The notes beneath the pieces are model-generated. The model was not told where the DNA came from. It did no database searches and worked only from the letters and a program-made list of their open reading frames with translations. Made by a program: the position numbers and the translations under genes. 64,000 nucleotides of DNA. Source: an uncultured Candidatus Saccharibacteria bacterium. Lineage in GTDB: Bacteria > Patescibacteriota > Minisyncoccia > UBA6257 > 2-01-FULL-56-20. The stretch spans positions 22,993 to 86,992 of the forward strand of contig CAYPDQ010000001.1 of NCBI GenBank assembly GCA_964409535.1, given 5' to 3'. Positions 52,499 to 61,963 of the stretch are shown here, one piece after another (position 1 is the first letter of the stretch; each line of letters opens with the position of its first letter).

Positions 52499-53878
52499 TT
52501 ATTGTAGCATATAGCTCTCCCCCGCCTGCGGTATTGCCGTCTCAAGCGCCAGCTCATCTCTTATCCTCTGGGCAAGCGCCGCGCTTGATTCCGCCTCGCC
52601 CTGGACCACAAAGACCTTCTTGAGCGTTAGGCGCATCGGCCGGAGCCAGTTCAAAAGCCGGGGCTGGTCGGCATGGGCGGAGTAGCCGGATATTTGCCGC
52701 ACCCTGCATCGCACCGGAATCTCTTCCCCGAAAATCTTAACGCTTCTTGCTCCCTCTAAAATTTTCCTGCCCAAGGTCCCGGCGCTTTGGTAGCCGACGA
52801 AAAGGATGGTGCTCTTCGGGTCGGAGAGATACCGCCGCTCGTGGTGCAGAATTCGCCCGCCGTTCGACATCCCGCTTCCCGCGATGACCACCTTGGGCGG
52901 CGGCACATCGTTTATCGCCTTGGACTCCTCCGTGGTCAAAGTGAGGCGCAAACCGGGGAAGTTGAACAGGTCATCCCCGGCATAGGCCTGGGCGACGGTC
53001 TCCTCATCAAAGTAGTCCTTGTATTTTTTGTAGACCGCGGTGAGTTTGATCGCCAAAGGACTGTCTATGAAAACCGGCACCCGCGGCACGCGGCCCTTCT
53101 CCACAAGGTTGTTCAGGTGAAGCAGGAGGTCCTGGGTGCGCTCCATCGCGAACGCGGGGATCATCAACACCCCGCCTGCCTGGACCGTGTCCTCAATAAC
53201 GTCTTCCAGGAGCTCCTGGCGCTTGTCCTCGCCCTCGTGCACCCGGCCGCCGTAGGTGGATTCTATCACCGTATAATCCGCCGATTTCAGAATCTCCGTA
53301 TCCCGGATTATCGGCGCGGGGTAGTTGCCCAAGTCACCGGAGAAAAGAACCGTGCGACCCTCCGCCTCGATTCGCACTATCGCCGAGCCCAAGATGTGTC
53401 CGGCGTTGTAGAGGGTTGCCTCAATGCCGCCGACTTTGACCGGCTTGTGATACGGAACTCCTTCCCACAGCTTCATAACCTCGTCTATTTCGGAGACGGT
53501 GTAAAGCGGCGCTTTACCCTCGCGTTCTGCTTCCTTTTTAAGGAGGCCTTCGGAGTCGGTGAGGAGCAGTTCAGAAAAATCCCGGCAGGGCGGAGTAGAG
53601 TAAATTTTTCCACGGAAGCCGTCTTTCCAAAGTTTTGGCAAAAGGCCGATATGGTCAACGTGAGAGTGGGTTACGAAAACCGCCTTAATGTCCTTGGGGC
53701 TGTAGGGAAATGGCTCAAAGTTCTTGCGCTCCGCGAAGTTCCCGCCCTGATGCAGGCCGCAGTCAATAAGTATCCGTGTCGCTTGTCCCTTATCGCTTGT
53801 CTCCAAAAGATAGTTTGAGCCGGTTACCGTGCCCGCCCCGCCGTAGAAGATTATCTTCATATTGTTGCGATAAGCCAT
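52499..53878 (-). CDS. Beta-CASP family MBL-fold ribonuclease (CPSF73/RNase J-related)
   Basis: THSHVDHIG motif 2, beta-CASP motifs and a C-terminal RMMBL region; 459 aa. Confidence 0.7.
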   Translation of the reverse strand: MAYRNNMKIIFYGGAGTVTGSNYLLETSDKGQATRILIDCGLHQGGNFAERKNFEPFPYSPKDIKAVFVTHSHVDHIGLLPKLWKDGFRGKIYSTPPCRDFSELLLTDSEGLLKKEAEREGKAPLYTVSEIDEVMKLWEGVPYHKPVKVGGIEATLYNAGHILGSAIVRIEAEGRTVLFSGDLGNYPAPIIRDTEILKSADYTVIESTYGGRVHEGEDKRQELLEDVIEDTVQAGGVLMIPAFAMERTQDLLLHLNNLVEKGRVPRVPVFIDSPLAIKLTAVYKKYKDYFDEETVAQAYAGDDLFNFPGLRLTLTTEESKAINDVPPPKVVIAGSGMSNGGRILHHERRYLSDPKSTILFVGYQSAGTLGRKILEGARSVKIFGEEIPVRCRVRQISGYSAHADQPRLLNWLRPMRLTLKKVFVVQGEAESSAALAQRIRDELALETAIPQAGESYMLQ

Positions 53879-53983
53879 TATATCACACCCGGTTCTGCCC
53901 TTGACATTTGGTGTGTTTTTTAATACAATTTAGCCCGAATTGGATTCGCTCGTTGACCACTTAACTCACACGCGGGAGGTCGT

Positions 53984-54280
53984 ATGCGTTGTCGTCCGGA
54001 AGTTTCCCAAGGGTGCGTCCGGTTCACGACCGGCGCGAGCGTCGTCACCTACCGGCTCGGCCCCAGCGGCCGGGTGGTGAAGGCGAGTCAGGTTGACTTC
54101 GCGCCGGACTGCAGCCCCAGCGGGATGGAACTGCGGAAGTTCGAGCATCAGGCCGCAGCTATCCTGCACAGGCAGAGACGCGAGAACGAAGCGCGACCCA
54201 AGCGGCGGGATCGCGCTACGCAAACCAAGCCGGGCACGCACGCCTGGCGCAACGGGACGGCCACGGCGCGGCTGTTCTGA
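53984..54280 (+). CDS. Hypothetical protein in a high-GC islet
   Basis: GGGAGG Shine-Dalgarno 6 nt upstream of the ATG. Arg-rich and low complexity. About 66% GC against about 55% in the surroundings. Confidence 0.3.
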   Translation: MRCRPEVSQGCVRFTTGASVVTYRLGPSGRVVKASQVDFAPDCSPSGMELRKFEHQAAAILHRQRRENEARPKRRDRATQTKPGTHAWRNGTATARLF

Positions 54281-54291
54281 AAGGAGTTTGT

Positions 54292-54528
54292 ATGCGATTC
54301 GGACCTCTGCTCATCGGCGCCGGGTTCCTCATGATGTTCACTGGTGCGGGGACAAGTGACATGGAGATGGCGATCGGCGAGAACGTCCGCGCCTTCACCG
54401 GCCTGCCGCTCGCAGTTCTGGGCCTCATCACGCTCGCCGCGGGGATGTGGCTCCTCGCACCTGGCGACGAGCGACAAAGCGAGAAGCCGGAGGAGAAGAA
54501 AGAGTCCCGCCGTCAGCGGGCCTCCTGA
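54292..54528 (+). CDS. Small membrane protein (2 TM) in a high-GC islet
   Basis: AAAGGAG Shine-Dalgarno 7 nt upstream of the ATG, two hydrophobic helices and a charged tail. Confidence 0.4.
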   Translation: MRFGPLLIGAGFLMMFTGAGTSDMEMAIGENVRAFTGLPLAVLGLITLAAGMWLLAPGDERQSEKPEEKKESRRQRAS

Positions 54529-54578
54529 ACCTGCCGCACCGAACGAGAAGGCCGACTCCACCCCAGCGGAGCCGGCCT

Positions 54579-55892
54579 TTATACTTTCAACGCCTCTTCC
54601 ACTATTTTCTTATCGCTCCAAGGGATCTTTCTGCCGCCCGCGACGCACATCCAGACCTCGCCGCCCTTGCCGGTTAGGACGACCATATCCCCTTTTCCGG
54701 CCAGAGATATGGCCTTCGCTATCGCCTCGCGCCGGTCAGATATCTTGTAGGTTTTAGGTATTAGGTTTTGGGTTTTAGACGCAGAAAGCACGCCCTTCTC
54801 AACGTCGTCAATAATTTTCATTGGATCCTCGTCATAGGGATCTTCGTTCGTCAAAATCAGCTCGTCGCAGTATCCGGCCGCGATCTTGCCCATCGCCGCC
54901 CGCTTCCATACATCCCGGCCGCCGCCCTGGGAGCCCAAAATTCCTATCACCCGGCGCGGCTTGAAGAGCTTCGCCGCTTCGTATATCGCTGTCAAGCTTG
55001 CCGGTTCGTGCGCGTAGTCAACTATGACTTTGAATCCCCGCCCCTCCACGATTTCCGCCCGGCCCGGCAAAGCGCGGGCACCTGCAAGCGCCTCCCGAAT
55101 CTTCGCCATTGGAACGCTTTGAGAGAGCCCAACGCAGATCGCCGCCACTGCGTTGTACACATTAAACTCGCCGATTAGCGGTGTCACGAATTTCTCGCCG
55201 TTCAAACTGAACTCCGTCCCGCTCGGCGACAGCTTTACATTTGATATCTGGAACACTTTCTGCATCCCGAGCTCCACGTTTCGCGTTTTGAGAGAATATC
55301 CGTATTTCGTTTTTACCCCCGGTCCCAGAAAGTACTCCACGTTTGGGTCATCCAGATTGTAGACACCAACACCATTTTCCCTTTTCGCGACCTCCTTAAA
55401 AAGATTCAGTTTTGCCTCCCGGTACTTTAGAAAACTGCCGTGGCGCTCAATGTGTTCCGGCGTGAGATTCGTGAAAACCGCAACTCGGTAGTTTATAAAC
55501 TTGTGCCGGTATTGCAGTATGCCTTCGGAGGAGGTCTCAACCACTGCGTAGCGGCAGCCCTCCCGGACCATCTGCCGCAGAAGTTTCTGCAGGGCGAAAC
55601 GCCCGGGCATGGTTTGCTTGGTGTCATTCACCCACTCCCTGCTTCCAATCCGGTAATTCAGGGTGGTCAAAAGTCCGGTTTTATAACCCGCCGCGGACAG
55701 AATATCTGCGATGAGATTTGCCGTCGTCGTCTTGCCCTTGGTGCCGGTCACGCCTATCGCCGTAAGTTTCCGCGACGGGAAACCGTAGAAAAGCGCCCCC
55801 AAGAAAGCCAGAGAAAAGTGGTACGGCTTGGATAGAAATGGCAGCTCGGCGAGGAACCGCACGAAAGGTAGCCGCTTCAGAAAGGAGATCAT
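54579..55892 (-). CDS. Mur ligase family protein (MurE/MurF-like)
   Basis: GVTGTKGKTTT P-loop and the Mur ligase middle and C-terminal domains; 437 aa. Contains the heptamer-repeat insert (KTQNLIPKTYKI). Confidence 0.7.
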   Translation of the reverse strand: MISFLKRLPFVRFLAELPFLSKPYHFSLAFLGALFYGFPSRKLTAIGVTGTKGKTTTANLIADILSAAGYKTGLLTTLNYRIGSREWVNDTKQTMPGRFALQKLLRQMVREGCRYAVVETSSEGILQYRHKFINYRVAVFTNLTPEHIERHGSFLKYREAKLNLFKEVAKRENGVGVYNLDDPNVEYFLGPGVKTKYGYSLKTRNVELGMQKVFQISNVKLSPSGTEFSLNGEKFVTPLIGEFNVYNAVAAICVGLSQSVPMAKIREALAGARALPGRAEIVEGRGFKVIVDYAHEPASLTAIYEAAKLFKPRRVIGILGSQGGGRDVWKRAAMGKIAAGYCDELILTNEDPYDEDPMKIIDDVEKGVLSASKTQNLIPKTYKISDRREAIAKAISLAGKGDMVVLTGKGGEVWMCVAGGRKIPWSDKKIVEEALKV

Positions 55893-56470
55893 TTCTTGCC
55901 GCTTAAAATTTTGAGCGCCTCTTTGAGGCGGGCGGTTATGTCTTTTGTTTCGGCCGATACCTTTTGCAGAGCTTCCCGGGCGTCGTCCCTGCGGTAGCCC
56001 AGGCCGGTGAGCGTTTCCGCCAGATCCGCGTCCGTTTCCATTTTGCTTAGCGCCGCCTGGGAAAGTTCTACCTCCACCTTGTGCCGCAGCTCCAAAACTA
56101 TCCGCTCCGCGGTCTTCCTGCCGATGCCGGAGGCGCGGGTCAAAACGTCCGGCCGCCCTTCTTTTATCGCGGCGGCGATGCTTTTATGGTCCGCGAGGTC
56201 AAGTATCGCCAAGGCCGACTTCGGGCCCACTCCCGCGACGGAATTCAAAAGCTCAAAAAGATTAAGTTCTTCCGGGGACGAGAAGCCGTAAAGATCCAGG
56301 GCGTCCTCCCGCACGTGGAGATGGGAATACAAGGATACCTCTCCACCCGGCGCGGGGAGTTTGGAAAGCAAGCGGCCGTGGACCGACACCTTAAGACCGA
56401 TGCCGCCGACTTCAACCACTATAAAACCGTTGCCCTTGTGTTTTAATCTGCCAGCAACGCTCCAGATCAT
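55889..56470 (-). CDS. ruvA: Holliday junction DNA helicase RuvA
   Basis: OB-fold N-domain, tandem HhH (VAGVGPKSALAIL, ASGIGRKTAERIV) and C-terminal domain III. Confidence 0.85.
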   Translation of the reverse strand: MIWSVAGRLKHKGNGFIVVEVGGIGLKVSVHGRLLSKLPAPGGEVSLYSHLHVREDALDLYGFSSPEELNLFELLNSVAGVGPKSALAILDLADHKSIAAAIKEGRPDVLTRASGIGRKTAERIVLELRHKVEVELSQAALSKMETDADLAETLTGLGYRRDDAREALQKVSAETKDITARLKEALKILSGKK

Positions 56471-56536
56471 TTGCAAATTTTACAGCTTTCTATATACTAC
56501 CTACCACCTACTACATACTACATACTAATCCCCAAA

Positions 56537-56812
56537 ATGCCCATCACTCAATCTGCAAAAAAAGCTCTGCGCCAGTCCGCGCGGCGGCGGGAAAGGAATC
56601 TGAAGGCGAAGAAAGCGCTGAAGTCGGCGGTGAAGGACTTGCGCCGCCTGGTTAAGGCCAAGCAGGGGGAAGATGCGGTGAAGCTCCTGCCCAAAACCTA
56701 CAAAGTACTGGATAAAGCCGCCAAAAACGGCGTAATAAAGAAGAACGCCGCGAGCCGCCTCAAATCGCGCCTCGCTCAACTTATCAATAAGTCCACCAGG
56801 ACCTCCTCGTAG
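56537..56812 (+). CDS. rpsT: 30S ribosomal protein S20
   Basis: Start at the internal ATG (MPITQSAKKALRQSARRRERN). Colinear with S20. Confidence 0.85.
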   Translation: MPITQSAKKALRQSARRRERNLKAKKALKSAVKDLRRLVKAKQGEDAVKLLPKTYKVLDKAAKNGVIKKNAASRLKSRLAQLINKSTRTSS

Positions 56813-57543
56813 TCGCACTTGCCGGACTTTACCGCCAGGTCGTAGGCCGCGAAGCGCGGTAATTTTTCCGGCCATTGATAGGCAAGGATATTGAATATCT
56901 TTCCCGCCGGTTCGTTCCTCGCGAAAAGCCCCTCCAGGGTCGTGAGGCGCCGACCTGGGTTTGGGCTTGTGAGTCCCTGCATCGTCTCCCAAAAGTCCGG
57001 AGTGAGTAGAACATCCAAACGCTCCAAGTCCTCACGCTTTATAGTCCGTCGCGGGAGAAGAGAAAGTTTTTGGAGTTCGGTCATAAGCCGCCAGCTGTCA
57101 CCTTCGTAAGCCGCCGCCAGAAATTCAAACGCGGCTGGTGCGAGTTCCACGCTCAAATCCCCGGCCGCCTGCTTTATGAACGCCCGCCAGGACGCGCTCT
57201 TAAGGAGGGGGAATTCCTGGGTGAGGCCGCTCGCTAAGCCCTTCGGCGGTTTCTCCGAATCAGATATAAGCAGGGTGGCCGCTTTATCTTTGGAAAACTT
57301 TTTTATTTCCTCCAGAAATTTTTTATCCGAAACTTCGGAAAGACCGGTCAAAACCGCGAGTTTAAACGGCTCAAACATTGACTGGTTGCCGACAAAATCC
57401 CGGAATCTCGCAAGCGCGCCCTCCTCGGAAAGATCAAAAAATCCTACCCCTAAGCCGGAATGTTTTTTGCGGAACTCGGCGATCAGTTCCCGCTTCTTTT
57501 GTTCCCGCCGATAATCATCCGGGCCATATAGGAAAACGATCAT
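56776..57543 (-). CDS. holA: DNA polymerase III delta subunit (HolA-like)
   Basis: N-terminal LYGPDDY and the delta-subunit fold length; 255 aa. Confidence 0.6.
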   Translation of the reverse strand: MIVFLYGPDDYRREQKKRELIAEFRKKHSGLGVGFFDLSEEGALARFRDFVGNQSMFEPFKLAVLTGLSEVSDKKFLEEIKKFSKDKAATLLISDSEKPPKGLASGLTQEFPLLKSASWRAFIKQAAGDLSVELAPAAFEFLAAAYEGDSWRLMTELQKLSLLPRRTIKREDLERLDVLLTPDFWETMQGLTSPNPGRRLTTLEGLFARNEPAGKIFNILAYQWPEKLPRFAAYDLAVKSGKCDYEEVLVDLLIS

Positions 57544-59210
57544 CTCTTTGCGGCCGCCTTCATAAACTCAACGAAAAGAGGGTGCGGGCGGAGGGGACGG
57601 GATTTCAGTTCCGGGTGGAATTGGGTACCGAGGAAAAACGGATGCGCGTTCCGCGGCAACTCCGCTATTTCCATAAGTCGTCTGTCCGGGGAGACGCCAG
57701 AGAAAACCAACCCTTTTCTCTCTAAGCGTTTAGTGTATGCGGGATTCACTTCATAGCGATGGCGGTGGCGCTCGGAGATCACCATATTGGACCTATTGGT
57801 CCTATAGGACTTATCGGACCTATAGGAGCCGTAAGCCGTAGTTCCGGGCTTGAGCCGCGCCGGCCAGGCGCCCAAGCGCATAGTCGCCCCGTAGTGCTTC
57901 TCCGCAACGTTCTTTTTCTGCTCCGGCATTATGTCTATGACCGGATGCGGCGTCTTGGGACTTATCTCCGTAGTATGCGCGCCCCGCAGTTTCAGGACGT
58001 CCCGCGCGAACTCCACGACTGCGAGTTGCATGCCGTAGCACAGGCCAAAGTACGGGATTTTGTTTTCCCGGCAGTATCTCACAGCGGCAATCTTCCCTTC
58101 CACCCCGCGGCTGCCGAAACCGCCGGGAACGATTACGCCGTTATAACCAGAAAGCTCTTTGACGCTTTTCGGATTTTTCTCAAACTTCTCCGAGTCCAAC
58201 CAGACGATCTCGGGCTTCGCCCCGACCGCGGCCCCGGCGTGTTTTACCGCCTCAATAACCGAAATATAGGAGTCCTCCAAAACGAAATCCCCCGTGCCGA
58301 AATACTTGCCGACGATGCCGATTTTGACCGCGCGCTTCGCGTCCTTCGCCGCAAGGACCTTCTTCCGCCACTCCCGCATATCCTTCCGCCGGGTCTTAAG
58401 CCCCAAGCGGGTAAGCAGCTTTTCGCCCAAGCGATCTTTCTCAAAGTTCAGCGGCACCTCGTATACGCTTGAGACGTTCGGAGCGGAGATCACACAGCCC
58501 CGCGGGATGCTGCACATAAACTCAATTTTCTCCTTGCGCTTCTCATCCAGTGGCACCGCTGCCCGGGCGAGGATCATATCCGGGTGGACGCCGACGGAAT
58601 TCAAGCTCCGGACCGCGTGCTGGGTCGGCTTGGTTTTGAGCTCCGTCCCGCCCGCGCCCAGAGCCGGCAGGAAGCTCACAAGCACCAGGACCACGTCCTC
58701 CGGGCTTTTGATCTTCAGCATCCTCACCGCCTCCAGGAAAAGGATGTTCTCATACTCCCCGGCGGTGCCGCCGACCTCCACGATCGCGATCTCCGCCTTG
58801 TCTTTTTTGGCCGCGCGGTTTATCCGGTCAATGACCTCCAGCGGTATCCGCGGGACCACTTCCACCTGCTTGCCGCCGTATTCCAGATTGCGCTCCCGCT
58901 GTATCACCGAGAGATATACGCTACCGGTCGTCATATAGTTCGCCCGGCTCATATCCCGGTTCAAGAAGCGCTCGTAGTTGCCCATATCCTGATCGCACTC
59001 CGTGCCGTCATCCAAAACAAAAACCTCACCGTGTTCGGTGGGGTTCATTGTTCCGGCATCCACATTCACATAGGGATCAATTTTGAGGGCGGTCACCCCG
59101 TAGCCCCGGGACTGCAGGATCTTCCCGATGGCCGAGGCGGCGATGCCCTTGCCGACCCCGGACATCACGCCCCCGACCACGAATATGTACTTTGGTGTTT
59201 TACGTTTCAT
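57540..59210 (-). CDS. pyrG: CTP synthase
   Basis: 556 aa. Synthetase domain (GGVMSGVGKG) and glutamine amidotransferase (GLCYGMQ, HRHRYE). Contains a 9-mer tandem-repeat insert. Confidence 0.9.
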   Translation of the reverse strand: MKRKTPKYIFVVGGVMSGVGKGIAASAIGKILQSRGYGVTALKIDPYVNVDAGTMNPTEHGEVFVLDDGTECDQDMGNYERFLNRDMSRANYMTTGSVYLSVIQRERNLEYGGKQVEVVPRIPLEVIDRINRAAKKDKAEIAIVEVGGTAGEYENILFLEAVRMLKIKSPEDVVLVLVSFLPALGAGGTELKTKPTQHAVRSLNSVGVHPDMILARAAVPLDEKRKEKIEFMCSIPRGCVISAPNVSSVYEVPLNFEKDRLGEKLLTRLGLKTRRKDMREWRKKVLAAKDAKRAVKIGIVGKYFGTGDFVLEDSYISVIEAVKHAGAAVGAKPEIVWLDSEKFEKNPKSVKELSGYNGVIVPGGFGSRGVEGKIAAVRYCRENKIPYFGLCYGMQLAVVEFARDVLKLRGAHTTEISPKTPHPVIDIMPEQKKNVAEKHYGATMRLGAWPARLKPGTTAYGSYRSDKSYRTNRSNMVISERHRHRYEVNPAYTKRLERKGLVFSGVSPDRRLMEIAELPRNAHPFFLGTQFHPELKSRPLRPHPLFVEFMKAAAKR

Positions 59211-59229
59211 GTTTCACGCTGCGTGTCCC

Positions 59230-60561
59230 CTATTCCACTGCCACTTCCTTGCGCGGCACAAGCGCGGGGTCGGTCGGCAGGATGAAATAGAATGTGCTGC
59301 CGCGGCCGAGCTCCGACTCCGCCCACATCTCGCCGCCGTGCGCCCGGATGATGTTCCTCGCAATGTAGAGACCGAGCCCCGAGCCCTCGGTCTGGAATTT
59401 CAAAGCATTTGAGCTGCGGAAGAACTTGGTGAAAACCCTGGGCACCTCCTCCGAAGGTATCCCGATGCCCGTGTCCTTCACGCTAACCTCCACGTAGGGC
59501 TTGTCCGGAAGCGGAGCCGCCTTCACTGTGACGCTGCCGCCCTGGACATTATAGCGCACCGCGTTGTCCACAAGGTTCTGGACGACCATAGAGAGCTTCT
59601 GCGGGTCGATCGTAAGCTGGAGCAGTTTCTCCTTCGGCCGGTCAAAGTATAACTTCAGACCGGCGCGCTCCACCTGCGGCATGGCTTCCGTGAGGATCTT
59701 ATCCAAGAAAGGAACAATGTCCGCCGTCTCAAAGTTGTAGCCGAAGCGCCCTTCCTCGATCCTCGTTGTGTCAAGCAGATCCTCCACCAGGTTCATTAGC
59801 TTGCGGGAAGAGGTAAGGGTTTTTTTGACCAGTTCTCTCGTTGCGTCGTTCAAGCCCTCTTCCCCGGCGAGCGACTCCAGCGCCCAGTTGATCTCGCTTA
59901 TCGGCGTGCGCAACTGGTGGGAGGCGACGGTGATGAAATCGGTCTTGGCTCGGAGGAGGGTTATCTCCCGGGTGCGATTGCGGATTATTTTCATAAAGCC
60001 CAGGAGCTTGCCGCTCGCGTCCGCGATCGGCGCGGTCGCGACCCGCAACTCCAAAACCGGCGCGCCGAAAGACAAATCCGTAACCTGGGGGTACTCCCCC
60101 GGCTTGGAGCGGGGAGCGACGACCGGCGCCAAGGACGGGAACATCACCTGGGCAAGGAGCCGGCTCCTTTCGTTCTCCACATCCTGGGGCGTGAGCCGCC
60201 GGCCGATGACCTCCTCCGCCTTGAGGCCGAATATCGTTTCTGCGGCGGAATTAAAAAAGGAAACGACGAGGTTCTGGTCGTAAACCACTATTCCGTCCTC
60301 CAATCCCAGAACTATCCCCTTAAGCTTATTGCGTTCCAACTGCACATCCCGATTCAGTTTCGCCGTCCAAGTGGAGGTAAAGAAAACCGCGACCCCGACG
60401 AATACGAGCAAGCTCCCGGTGAGGAGCGGCCAGGGAAACGGCAGGAAGAGAATTTCCACGGCCAAAACCGCGAGGAGGAGGGGCAAGAGAAGCCAGAAAG
60501 CCTGCATCTCCCTGGCGCGCAGGAAAAGACCGGAGCCGAGGAATCTTTTGAAAAAACTCAT
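59230..60561 (-). CDS. Sensor histidine kinase (2 TM, PAS-like, HisKA, HATPase_c)
   Basis: H-box ASHQLRTPI and N/G1/G2 boxes (DNAVRYN, DTGIGI, GSGLGL). No response regulator is adjacent. Confidence 0.8.
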   Translation of the reverse strand: MSFFKRFLGSGLFLRAREMQAFWLLLPLLLAVLAVEILFLPFPWPLLTGSLLVFVGVAVFFTSTWTAKLNRDVQLERNKLKGIVLGLEDGIVVYDQNLVVSFFNSAAETIFGLKAEEVIGRRLTPQDVENERSRLLAQVMFPSLAPVVAPRSKPGEYPQVTDLSFGAPVLELRVATAPIADASGKLLGFMKIIRNRTREITLLRAKTDFITVASHQLRTPISEINWALESLAGEEGLNDATRELVKKTLTSSRKLMNLVEDLLDTTRIEEGRFGYNFETADIVPFLDKILTEAMPQVERAGLKLYFDRPKEKLLQLTIDPQKLSMVVQNLVDNAVRYNVQGGSVTVKAAPLPDKPYVEVSVKDTGIGIPSEEVPRVFTKFFRSSNALKFQTEGSGLGLYIARNIIRAHGGEMWAESELGRGSTFYFILPTDPALVPRKEVAVE

Positions 60562-60577
60562 TGCGTATATTCTAACA

Positions 60578-61480
60578 TTAAAAAATACTCCCCTGCGATG
60601 AGTTCTTGGCCAGCCGAGCGCCGTTTTGCATCCGCTTGATCAACGTCTCAAACCCCAGCTCCCTGAAATAGTCGGCGAGCTTCGCGGAGTCAAACTTGGG
60701 CGTCAAAGCCGCTATACTTTTCGCTCCGCCCCCGTCCCCGCTCTGGAGCGTGACCAGCTCCCGGTTCAGCTCCAGCTCCTTTTTGTACGGGAAAATTTTC
60801 TCCTTGAACCTTTTGTACTTCTCCGGACTTTTGAAGAACGTTTCCAGGCTTCCGACCTCGGAAAGTATTGCCTGGGCGGTTTTGGGCCCCACCCCCGGCA
60901 CACCTTTCACGTTATCCGACGGGTCGCCGACCAGTGCTTTGTAGTCAACCATCTGCTCCGGCTTCAGGCCGTACCTAACTCTGACCGCTTCCGTGTCGTA
61001 GGTCTGCGTCTCGCTCACTCCTTTCTTGAACGTGCGCACGACGACCTTGTCTCCGCGGACGAGCTGGAGGGTGTCCAGATCGCCGGTCAGGATTACAACC
61101 TTAACCTCCGGCTCCTTGCCAAATTTTCTTGCGAGAACCGCGATCAGGTCGTCCGCCTCCATCCCGGGCTCGTCAAACGTTTTCACGCCGAACTTGCGGA
61201 AAAGCTCCGGCGCTTCAATAAGCTGGGAAACGAGTTCCGTGGGCGTCGGCGGCCGGTGAGCTTTGTACTCCGGGTATTTTTCTTCCCGGAAGGTCGGCTC
61301 CGGCCGGTCAAAGCAGGCGGCGACGTAGTCCGGTTTACCCTCCCGGAAAATCTTGAGAAGCACGCTCGCCAAGCCGTACAAGGCACCCGTCGGCCTCCCG
61401 TCCGGCGCGGTCAAAGGCGGCAGAGCGTGGAACGCGCGGTGGATGATAGAGTTGGCATCGATGAGGAGAAGGGTCTTCAT
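60578..61480 (-). CDS. 5'-3' exonuclease (Pol I N-terminal / FEN-like)
   Basis: LLLIDANSIIHRAF..., acidic-residue clusters and an H3TH motif (GV.GVGPKTA). Start at the internal ATG MKTLLLID. Confidence 0.8.
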   Translation of the reverse strand: MKTLLLIDANSIIHRAFHALPPLTAPDGRPTGALYGLASVLLKIFREGKPDYVAACFDRPEPTFREEKYPEYKAHRPPTPTELVSQLIEAPELFRKFGVKTFDEPGMEADDLIAVLARKFGKEPEVKVVILTGDLDTLQLVRGDKVVVRTFKKGVSETQTYDTEAVRVRYGLKPEQMVDYKALVGDPSDNVKGVPGVGPKTAQAILSEVGSLETFFKSPEKYKRFKEKIFPYKKELELNRELVTLQSGDGGGAKSIAALTPKFDSAKLADYFRELGFETLIKRMQNGARLAKNSSQGSIF

Positions 61481-61504
61481 AAGTTTAAAACGCAAATATC
61501 AAAG

Positions 61505-61963
61505 TTAAAAATTTATGATTTTTAAATTTTTAATTTCTATCACCCGTTCGTTTTCCTTTCTCCCGTGTTTGAGCTTCACCCAAACTGCGTTCTTTGGTAT
61601 TAGGCGTCCCACCTTCTCCGCCCACTCCACGAGCACGATGTTCCGCGGGTCAGCCACTATTTCCTTGAACCCCAACTCTTCTAACTCCTGCGGTTTCTTC
61701 AGACGGTACGCGTCCACGTGGTAAACGTTGCCGAACCGCCGCATAAGAATGAACGTAGGACTCGCCGCCCTGCGCCGGATACCCAAGCTGCTCAAGAATC
61801 CCTGAACAAAAGTGGTTTTGCCCGCGCCGAGCTCCCCGGTCAGGGCGAAAACCCTATAACGGGATTTTGTCTTCGTCTTCCGCGCGAGGCGCCCCGCTAA
61901 TCGTTTCGTCTCCTCCGAAGAAAAACTGCGATAAGTGGCCATAGTCCTTTGCGGCACCATCAA
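61505..61963 (-). CDS. tsaE: tRNA threonylcarbamoyladenosine biosynthesis protein TsaE
   Basis: LTGELGAGKTTFVQG P-loop; 152 aa. Confidence 0.8.
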   Translation of the reverse strand: MMVPQRTMATYRSFSSEETKRLAGRLARKTKTKSRYRVFALTGELGAGKTTFVQGFLSSLGIRRRAASPTFILMRRFGNVYHVDAYRLKKPQELEELGFKEIVADPRNIVLVEWAEKVGRLIPKNAVWVKLKHGRKENERVIEIKNLKIINF

